Below, one piece after another: positions 1 to 6,509 of a stretch of DNA of 32,000 nt. A program made the translations under genes and the position numbers. The notes below the pieces were generated by a model that was not told where the DNA came from, did not search any database, and worked only from the letters and a program-made list of their open reading frames with translations. Origin of the DNA: an uncultured Halobacteroidaceae bacterium. Its GTDB lineage: Bacteria > Bacillota > Halanaerobiia > Halobacteroidales > Halobacteroidaceae. Position 1 is the first letter of the stretch. Each line of letters opens with the position of its first letter. Location: contig CAYFUT010000014.1 in NCBI GenBank assembly GCA_964346395.1, positions 1 to 32,000 of the forward strand, given 5' to 3'.

Positions 1-49
1 AGGATTGTGGCTCCTGAGGCCGTGGGTTCAAATCCCATCATCCACCCCA
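1..49 (+). tRNA. tRNA-His (GUG), 3' partial copy cut by the window edge
   Basis: Bases 1-49 are identical to 597-645 of the complete tRNA-His below (anticodon arm, T arm, acceptor 3' strand, CCA at 47-49). Confidence 0.85.
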
Positions 50-70
50 ATTAATCAAATTAATACTAGC

Positions 71-108
71 AAGGCCTATTGTAAACAAAATAGGTTTTGT
101 GTTTTTTT
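71..108 (+). terminator. Possible weak intrinsic terminator after the first tRNA-His
   Basis: Stem CCTATT(75-80)/AATAGG(89-94), extendable by A-U and G-U pairs, followed by TTTTGTGTTTTTTT. Confidence 0.4.
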
Positions 109-141
109 ATTGCTGACTTATCATTTTACATTTTCAGATAT

Positions 142-217
142 GCTGGCGTAGCTCAACTGGCAGAGCAGCTGACTTGTAATCAGCAGGTCGTCGGTTCAAA
201 TCCGACCGCCAGCTCCA
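142..217 (+). tRNA. tRNA-Thr (anticodon UGU)
   Basis: Cloverleaf read by eye: acceptor GCTGGCG/CGCCAGC, D arm GCTC..GAGC, anticodon stem GCTGA/TCAGC with loop CTTGTAA (UGU), T arm GTCGG-TTCAAAT-CCGAC, 3' CCA. Confidence 0.9.
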
Positions 218-224
218 TTAACTT

Positions 225-255
225 CAGTTAACAGTTAACAATTTACAGTTGACAG
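225..255. repeat. Cluster of (C)AGTTRAC words (GTTAAC, GTTAAC, GTTGAC) in the tRNA-Thr/tRNA-Ala spacer
   Basis: CAGTTAACAGTTAACAATTTACAGTTGACAG. 246-255 is the perfect reverse complement of 318-327. A 22-nt core recurs inverted at 19754-19787. Confidence 0.8.
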
Positions 256-310
256 GTAAGAAATAACTTCAAAGTCCTAAAGAAAAATGGTTGTATGGTT
301 TTGACTTAAA

Positions 311-327
311 CTGTTGACTGTCAACTG
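311..327. repeat. Second GTYRAC word cluster (GTTGAC, GTCAAC), inverted partner of 246-255
   Basis: CTGTTGACTGTCAACTG. CTGTCAACTG (318-327) is the reverse complement of CAGTTGACAG (246-255). Confidence 0.8.
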
Positions 328-349
328 AATAAATGTTAATTGATATTTT

Positions 350-427
<78 letters not shown>

Positions 428-437
428 GTTTAACTTC

Positions 438-476
438 AATGGAGAATGGAGAATGGAGAATGGAGAATGGAGAATG
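438..476. repeat. Heptanucleotide tandem repeat (AATGGAG) x5 plus a partial sixth unit
   Basis: Five perfect units at 438-444, 445-451, 452-458, 459-465 and 466-472, then AATG. Confidence 0.95.
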
Positions 477-533
477 ATAAATGAAAATCAAGTTCAAAAA
501 ACTGTGTGTTGAAGTTAATGTTTTCATTTATCA
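475..533 (+). other. 13-bp perfect stem with a 33-nt loop in the tRNA-Ala/tRNA-His spacer
   Basis: TGATAAATGAAAA (475-487) is the exact reverse complement of TTTTCATTTATCA (521-533). Confidence 0.7.
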
Positions 534-567
534 ATTATCATTTTATATTGTTCATTGTTTTTACCGT

Positions 568-645
568 GGTGGATGTAGCTCAGATGGTTAGAGCGCAGGA
601 TTGTGGCTCCTGAGGCCGTGGGTTCAAATCCCATCATCCACCCCA
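568..645 (+). tRNA. tRNA-His (anticodon GUG) with extra G-1
   Basis: G-1 at 568 opposite discriminator C, acceptor GTGGATG/CATCCAC, anticodon stem CAGGA/TCCTG with loop TTGTGGC (GUG), T arm GTGGG-TTCAAAT-CCCAT, CCA at 643-645. Confidence 0.9.
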
Positions 646-676
646 ATTAATAACTTAATATAACATGAATTTATAT

Positions 677-717
677 AAGACACCCTTTCTTTTTTGAAAT
701 GGGTGTCTTATTTTTTT
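677..717 (+). terminator. Intrinsic terminator closing the tRNA cluster
   Basis: AAGACACCC (677-685) pairs with GGGTGTCTT (701-709), followed by ATTTTTTT. Confidence 0.75.
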
Positions 718-726
718 GGATTTTTC

Positions 727-755
727 TTGAAATTATTAAGTTTATTTCCTAAAAT
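727..755 (+). promoter_or_regulatory. Candidate sigma-A type promoter upstream of pilB
   Basis: TTGAAA (727-732), 17 nt, TAAAAT (750-755). AT-rich context, so a chance match is quite possible. Confidence 0.3.
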
Positions 756-859
756 AAAAAATAAAATAATATAGTACCTTTGATGGAAATATATTTAATT
801 ATTGAAGAAAATTAATAACAACTTATATAGTTTAACCCTTAGTTTGGAGGCAATAAGTT

Positions 860-2572
860 ATGGTAAAGAAAAAGCAGATGGGGGATGTGTTGATTGAGGC
901 TGGTTTTATTACTCGAAAACAGTTGTCGAAGGCACTAGAGACGCAAAAGGGAACTGATAAGCGGTTAGGAGAAGTTTTGCAGGAGATGGGGTTGATTTCT
1001 GAAGAAGATTTAGCTGAAGCTTTGGAGTACCAACTAGGAATTCCTCGCATTAATTTAAAAAAGTTTGTAATTGATTCAGAAGTAATTCAACTAATTTCAC
1101 AGTCATTAGCTAAACGCCACCACGCTATTCCAATCAAACAAGAAGGAAATCAGTTAACAGTTGCTATGTCTGACCCTTTGGATGTGATGGCCATTGATGA
1201 TATCAGAATTAAAACCGGCCAGGAAGTAGTTCCTGTAATTGCAACTAAATCAGAAATCAAACAGGCAATTGATCAGTATTTTGGGGAAAATGAAGTAGTT
1301 AAGGAAATGAATTCTAATTCCAATTTTACTTCGGAACAAGGACAAAAAGCAGAGGTTGATCGCCTGCGGGAGATGGTAGATGAAGCTCCAATAGTTAAAT
1401 TAGTAAATAATATTATTACTGAAGGCGTAGAACTAAGGGCTAGTGATATCCATATAGAACCAGAAGAAGAGGAAGTCAGAGTTCGTTATCGAGTTGATGG
1501 AATACTGCATAATGAAATGAATATCCCCAAACATACTCATTCAGCGCTAGTATCTCGAATAAAGATAATGGCTGATTTAGATATTGCGGAGAGGCGATTG
1601 CCCCAAGATGGTAGAGTCCAGATGACAGTTAAGGATAAGCAAATTGATTTACGGGTTTCTACTTTACCAACAGTCAGGGGAGAAAAGGTAGTTCTCAGGA
1701 TTTTAGATAAAAGTAGCTTGATGCTTGATTTGAAAAAATTAGGTTTTTTATCTGAACATTTAGCTTCTTTTAAAAAAATGATTGAAGAACCCCACGGAAT
1801 GATTCTAATGACTGGTCCTACGGGTAGTGGAAAGACTACTACTCTTTATTCAGCTCTAAAAGCTTTGGATACTGCTGAAACTAATATTGTAACTGTAGAG
1901 GATCCAGTTGAATATAAATTAGCAGGTATTAACCAAGTTCAAGTAAATCCCAAAGCAGGACTTACTTTTGCTAATGGATTACGTTCTATTTTACGGCAGG
2001 ATCCGGATATAATGATGATTGGTGAGATTAGAGATAAAGAGACGGCTGAAATTGCAATTCATGCTGCTTTAACAGGTCATTTGGTACTTACTACCCTCCA
2101 TACTAATCAGGCTGCGGGAGCTTTAACTAGATTAATTGATATGGGAGTTGAACCATTCTTGGTAGCTTCTTCGGTAATTGGAGTGGTAGCCCAGCGGTTA
2201 GTAAGAACTATTTGTCAGGAATGTAAGATGAAAAGGGATAATGCACAGATAAAAAATAAATTAAAGGATTATTTGCAAGTTAATGAGGATGATTTAAATA
2301 TTTATACCGGGCAGGGTTGTAGTGTCTGTAATGATACAGGATACCGAGGACGGACAGCAATTCATGAAATTTTGGAAGTAGATAAAAAAATAAAAGATTT
2401 AGTAGTAGAAGAGGCTTCTACTAGTCGAATTGATGAAGCAGCGCGAAAGCAAGAGATGGTAAGCTTAGAAAAATGCGGTATGAGAAAAGTGGGGCACGGC
2501 ATAACTACATTAGAGGAAGCAATGAGAGTAACTAAAGTACAAGTAAATCAAGCGAACTTACAAGATATTTAA
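860..2572 (+). CDS. pilB: Type IV pilus assembly ATPase PilB (GspE family) with N-terminal MshEN-like domain
   Basis: GGAGG 9 nt upstream of the ATG. Walker A GPTGSGKTTT, Walker B region DPDIMMIGEIRD, His box TGHLVLTTLHTN, Cys cluster CQEC...CSVCNDTGYRGR. Confidence 0.93.
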   Translation: MVKKKQMGDVLIEAGFITRKQLSKALETQKGTDKRLGEVLQEMGLISEEDLAEALEYQLGIPRINLKKFVIDSEVIQLISQSLAKRHHAIPIKQEGNQLTVAMSDPLDVMAIDDIRIKTGQEVVPVIATKSEIKQAIDQYFGENEVVKEMNSNSNFTSEQGQKAEVDRLREMVDEAPIVKLVNNIITEGVELRASDIHIEPEEEEVRVRYRVDGILHNEMNIPKHTHSALVSRIKIMADLDIAERRLPQDGRVQMTVKDKQIDLRVSTLPTVRGEKVVLRILDKSSLMLDLKKLGFLSEHLASFKKMIEEPHGMILMTGPTGSGKTTTLYSALKALDTAETNIVTVEDPVEYKLAGINQVQVNPKAGLTFANGLRSILRQDPDIMMIGEIRDKETAEIAIHAALTGHLVLTTLHTNQAAGALTRLIDMGVEPFLVASSVIGVVAQRLVRTICQECKMKRDNAQIKNKLKDYLQVNEDDLNIYTGQGCSVCNDTGYRGRTAIHEILEVDKKIKDLVVEEASTSRIDEAARKQEMVSLEKCGMRKVGHGITTLEEAMRVTKVQVNQANLQDI

Positions 2573-2637
2573 TTTTATGCAGAAAGAATTAAAATTTGGA
2601 CAAACCATTTTAAGAAATCTCTGGGGCGGATTTTCTC

Positions 2638-2790
2638 ATGGGAAGGAGGTGTAATTATCAGTCAAATATTCCGCTACGGGATACGGAAGGAGTTATTTCA
2701 GAAGGAGTTATTGAAGATTTAGTAGCCAATAAATTAAGAGAACAGGGATATTATGTTACAGAAAAGTTATTTTTTTATCAGCTACTGTAA
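2638..2790 (+). pseudogene. Possible remnant of the pilC (GspF-family platform protein) N-terminus, 50 codons
   Basis: Translation ...NIPLRDTEGVISEGVIEDLVANKLREQGYYVTEK... resembles the conserved PilC N-terminus (Y.A.D..G....G.iEa.....a...Lr.qG..V). There is no RBS, the ORF stops after about 50 aa, and it sits where pilC normally lies. Confidence 0.35.
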
Positions 2791-2920
2791 AAAAATGTTT
2801 ATCTGGCGAAGGAGGGGATAGAGAGTAGGAAATATTTCAAAAAATAAATTATGTGATTTTTCTGAAAAAAAAGGAAAATAGGGATGGGATAAACAAAAAA
2901 ATACAATGGAGGGTTTGCAA

Positions 2921-3346
2921 ATGATTAGTAATTTAAGACAAAAACTTACTTTAGCAACTGAAGAGGGCTTTACTCTGATTGAATTAATGATTGTAATTGC
3001 AGTTATTGCGATTTTAGCGGCAATTGCTTTACCTAAATTTGGTAGTGTAAAAAGTACTGCTAATAAAGCAAGGGCAGAAAGTGAAATGAAAAATATTCAA
3101 ACAGCTCTGGAGATGTACTATTCTCAGCATGAAGCATATCCTTCTGATAAAAAAGAATTATCAAATATTGAGGGAATGGATCATTCAGTAATAAATACTT
3201 ATAAAGATGGAGGAAGTAACGGCGGTGGTTATAAGCCAAAGAATGATAACGGCAATGGTCATCAAAGTTATGAGTGGAATTATGATAATGGACAATATAA
3301 AATTGAAATTGATAGTGAGGGAGTATTTGAATCAAAAGCTAACTAA
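2921..3346 (+). CDS. pilA: Type IV major pilin (PilA-like)
   Basis: Class III signal ...ATEEG|FTLIELMIVIAVIAILAAIALPKF with Glu at +5. GGAGGG lies 7 nt upstream of ATG 2921. ATG 2906 is an in-frame alternative start. The C-terminal half is Gly/Asn-rich with no Cys. Confidence 0.9.
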   Translation: MISNLRQKLTLATEEGFTLIELMIVIAVIAILAAIALPKFGSVKSTANKARAESEMKNIQTALEMYYSQHEAYPSDKKELSNIEGMDHSVINTYKDGGSNGGGYKPKNDNGNGHQSYEWNYDNGQYKIEIDSEGVFESKAN

Positions 3347-3366
3347 GTCATTTATTTAACAAATAG

Positions 3367-3436
3367 AATTTGGGCCTGAAGTAAAGGAAAAATAAAAACC
3401 AACTGAGGGTTATTCCTTTAACTTTAGGTCCAAATT
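3367..3436 (+). other. Long imperfect stem-loop just downstream of pilA (possible terminator, attenuator or mRNA-stabilising hairpin)
   Basis: AATTTGGGCCTGAAGTAAAGGAA (3367-3389) pairs with TTCCTTTAACTTTAGGTCCAAATT (3413-3436). About 23 bp with two G-U pairs and one bulge. No clear U-tract. Confidence 0.45.
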
Positions 3437-3669
3437 TAAATCTTTAGCGGGCAAAATTATAACTGATATAATACATAATTATTAACTAATTTTATATTTT
3501 AATATTGGTTGAAAAGGAAATTGGGTTAAAAAAATGGTTTACGAATTACTGTAAGCAAAGGAGGAATCAATTTATGAGTGATAACTTTTAAGGTGGAGGA
3601 GATAGGCAGTCGTTTTGTTGACTGGCTAGTGGTTTTATGAGTTATTATCAATAGAAGCGAGGTGAGAAA

Positions 3670-4737
3670 GTGACTGAAAGTTTAGGTTTTTTTGGGAGAT
3701 TAAAATATAGATTTGATGAGTTATTTGAAGAAGAAGTTTTAGGACTTGATATTGGGGAGGATACAATAAAACTTGTTAACGTAAGTACTAGTTGGGGAAA
3801 AATTGTTTTTAATAATGTAGGGGTGATTGAAACTCCATCAGCGGCAGTGGAGGACGGAAAAATTAAAGATGTAGAAGCATTGAGCAATGCAATTCAAAAG
3901 AGTTTAGCGAAAAATAATTTTGAAGTTAATAAGGTTATAACTGCTGTTAGTGGAGAGAAAGTGGTGAGTCGAACAATTGAAATTCCTAATATGTCAGAAG
4001 AAGAGTTAGATAAAGCAGTTAGCTGGGAAGCGAAAGAGCAGATTCCAATCCCAATTGAAGAGGGGATTCTTGAGTATGAAATTTTAAATCAAAAGGCTAA
4101 CGGAGATTATCAATTATTAATTATAGTTGTTAAACAAAAGTTGATTGATAAGTATTTAGAATTATTTGATAATCTCGGTTTAGAACCGCTAGCTATTGAA
4201 ACGGAGCCGATTGCAATTGGGCGGACAGTAAATGAACTGTATAAGAAAAATACTATCTGTGCGATAGATATCGGCAAGCGGACTACGGATGTTTCAATTA
4301 TAGACAATGGGCGTTTGTTATTTACCCGCACGGTAAATTTAGGGGGGACAGATATAACTGCAGAAATTGCTGATAAACATGATTTGTCTAGTAAAGATGC
4401 TAATAAATATAAAGAAAATAATGATTTATTTAAAGAACCGGAATCTAATTTAGTTATCAAAAATTTGATTACTGCTATTTATCGTTCGCTTGATTATTTT
4501 GAAGTAAATAATCAAGATTATGAAATAGATAAAATCATGTTAACTGGAGGCAGCAGTAAATTAAAGGGGTTAGATAGACATTTGAGTAAGGAATTTGATA
4601 TTAAAGTAGGAAGATTAGATTTTTCTGGAAAATTGACTTCTAAACTGAAAAGAGTTAGCAAACAGAAGTTAGAAGAGATAGTTCAATTATTAACTGTTGG
4701 CATTGGATTGGCGCTTAGGAAGGAGGAAGAAGCATGA
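3670..4737 (+). CDS. pilM: Type IV pilus assembly protein PilM (actin-like ATPase fold)
   Basis: GTG start after GAGGTGA. N-terminal GLDIGEDTIKLV and later DIGKRTTD, LTGGSSKLKGL motifs of the FtsA/PilM family. The stop overlaps the pilN start (ATGA). Confidence 0.88.
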   Translation: MTESLGFFGRLKYRFDELFEEEVLGLDIGEDTIKLVNVSTSWGKIVFNNVGVIETPSAAVEDGKIKDVEALSNAIQKSLAKNNFEVNKVITAVSGEKVVSRTIEIPNMSEEELDKAVSWEAKEQIPIPIEEGILEYEILNQKANGDYQLLIIVVKQKLIDKYLELFDNLGLEPLAIETEPIAIGRTVNELYKKNTICAIDIGKRTTDVSIIDNGRLLFTRTVNLGGTDITAEIADKHDLSSKDANKYKENNDLFKEPESNLVIKNLITAIYRSLDYFEVNNQDYEIDKIMLTGGSSKLKGLDRHLSKEFDIKVGRLDFSGKLTSKLKRVSKQKLEEIVQLLTVGIGLALRKEEEA

Positions 4738-5318
4738 TTAATTTATTACCCTCCGATTATGCTCAGGAAGAAAAGAAATTTGTACAAAAAATGGGATTGT
4801 TATTTGTTGGTTTATTAATAGCTGCTATTGGGACTTATTTTCTGTTTGGTTATATTAAATTGTCGGCGAAAAATCAAGCAACTAATAAAAAATTAAATAT
4901 AGCACAGCGCAAATTAAAGTCGGTTAATGAGCGAGTTAGATTCATCAATAAAACAAAAAAGAAAAAGAAGAGGTTAAAGAAAAAATTAGAACAGCGGGAA
5001 AAGATAGTAGGTAGTCAGATTAATTGGCCGTCCAATTTAAAAGAGTTAAAGAATACAATTCCTAAAAGAAGCTGGTTGAAGGAGTATAGAGTTAAAGAAC
5101 ACGATCAGTTTTATATAACTGGTTATACCTTGAATAGGCAGGAAGTAGAAAAAATTGTAGAAAGATTTAAAACTTCTCCTTACTTTTCTGATATTTCTCT
5201 GGAAGTAGTTAATAAACAAGAGGTAGTTAAATCTGGTTATCAATCAGTAAAAGCTGTTCATTATAAATTAACGGGGGTTTTAAATTCTAGGAGTGATATG
5301 CATGAAATGGTGGAATAA
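4734..5318 (+). CDS. pilN: Type IV pilus assembly protein PilN
   Basis: Characteristic N-terminus MINLLP, single TM segment, coiled-coil/Lys-rich stretch, position after pilM. Confidence 0.8.
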   Translation: MINLLPSDYAQEEKKFVQKMGLLFVGLLIAAIGTYFLFGYIKLSAKNQATNKKLNIAQRKLKSVNERVRFINKTKKKKKRLKKKLEQREKIVGSQINWPSNLKELKNTIPKRSWLKEYRVKEHDQFYITGYTLNRQEVEKIVERFKTSPYFSDISLEVVNKQEVVKSGYQSVKAVHYKLTGVLNSRSDMHEMVE

Positions 5319-5907
5319 ATTAACCATTCGGGAGCGAATAATGCTGGTAATTGGTTTAATAGTAGTACTTTCTGGTGCCTATTATCTGTTAGTTTATCAA
5401 CCCCTGGTTAATAAACTAGAGGAAAATAAAAAGCAGATAGAAAGAGTTAAATCACAAATTAAAAGCAAACGAAGTATTCTGCGAAATAAAAAACGTTTAA
5501 TGCAAGAGTATAAACAGTTAGAGAAAAGATTAGGCTATTCGGATAGTATAATTTATCAGGAAAGCTTTTTGACTTCCAGTAAGACTGTAGAGTTAATTGT
5601 TGCTCTTAATAAACAGGCTATGAGTTATAATGTAAGCTTAATGGAAGTTAAGTCCAGTAAGTTGCAGAAGGGAGATCTGTATCATGAATTTCCGATAAAA
5701 ATTAAAGTAAGAGGCAAGTACGATCAGATTACAAAGTATCTAAAAAGTATTAAACAAAATGACTATTTAACCCGGGTAGAAAGTTTTAAAATGACTTCTA
5801 CTTTACGACCGGTAGATCGGGTAACGGCAAATATTAACTTGATTGGGTATACGTTAGCTGATAACAAAGGAGGAGAAGGTGATGTAAGTGAAACTCAAGT
5901 TCAATAA
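5302..5907 (+). CDS. pilO: Type IV pilus assembly protein PilO-like
   Basis: ATG 5302 lies 9 nt after AGGAG (the ORF-track GTG 5293 is less likely). N-terminal TM segment, coiled coil, C-terminal alpha/beta region, position between pilN and the secretin. Confidence 0.65.
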   Translation: MKWWNKLTIRERIMLVIGLIVVLSGAYYLLVYQPLVNKLEENKKQIERVKSQIKSKRSILRNKKRLMQEYKQLEKRLGYSDSIIYQESFLTSSKTVELIVALNKQAMSYNVSLMEVKSSKLQKGDLYHEFPIKIKVRGKYDQITKYLKSIKQNDYLTRVESFKMTSTLRPVDRVTANINLIGYTLADNKGGEGDVSETQVQ

Positions 5908-6508
5908 TAATGTCCAGTCGGCAGATTTTAAGAAGAAAGCACTTGTAATTTCTCTGTTTGTTGTTTTACTGTTGGGTTTAGGCGGATTTGTAACCTACCA
6001 GATTTTGGATATAATTAATACTGATGCAGATCTTTCTGAATTCAAAGCTGAACTTGAAGAATTAGTAACGGTTGAGCAAAAAGAAGCTGATAGTAATAAA
6101 TTAGTTCAGAGCAAATTAAAATCACCAGAAGTGAGTATTTACGACAAGCAGCTGACAGATATCAGTCCGTTTAAATCACTGCTGCGGGCAAAACCGAAGG
6201 AAGAAACTACTGCTTCGGAGCAGGAAAAAGCAGTTAAAGGAGCTAAAAAGGAGGAAAAAGAAAAATCAGAACAGACTCTCCGGGAGGAAATAAAGCAGAA
6301 ATTGCAAGCCAAACTACAAATTTTGGGGATATTAGAAACAGACAATGATAAAAGGACAATTGTTAAATATGGAGACCAATCATCAAAAATGGTAGAAGAA
6401 GGAGCGGAATTTGAAGGATTAAGAATTAAACGAATTACTTCTAATAAATTAATTGTGGAAGAGAAAGAGAATGAATTCACCTATATAATTGGAGGTGAGG
6501 AAGATTAG
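5888..6508 (+). CDS. PilP-like pilus assembly protein (TM anchor, long Lys/Glu-rich linker, small C-terminal beta domain)
   Basis: Overlaps the pilO end by 20 nt. The C-terminus LQILGILETDNDKRTIVKYGDQSSKMVEEGAEFEGLRIKRITSNKLIV resembles the PilP/GspC HR-type domain. Lies immediately upstream of the secretin. Confidence 0.5.
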   Translation: MKLKFNNNVQSADFKKKALVISLFVVLLLGLGGFVTYQILDIINTDADLSEFKAELEELVTVEQKEADSNKLVQSKLKSPEVSIYDKQLTDISPFKSLLRAKPKEETTASEQEKAVKGAKKEEKEKSEQTLREEIKQKLQAKLQILGILETDNDKRTIVKYGDQSSKMVEEGAEFEGLRIKRITSNKLIVEEKENEFTYIIGGEED

Positions 6509-6509
6509 G

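Noticed and set aside
438-476. Short direct repeats as a possible CRISPR array
   Set aside because: The units are 7 nt, contiguous and without spacers. This is a microsatellite, not a CRISPR array.
2907-2920. Possible sigma-54 promoter (TGG...TTGCA) in front of pilA
   Set aside because: The GG and GC elements are 9 nt apart rather than the roughly 12-nt offset of the TGGCAC-N5-TTGCW consensus. The GGAGGG here is better explained as the pilA ribosome-binding site.
3574-3591. 5-codon ORF (MSDNF) with a strong AAGGAGG RBS in the pilA-pilM spacer
   Set aside because: It is too short to evaluate and no attenuator-like alternative structures around it were evident. It may be a chance RBS-like purine run.
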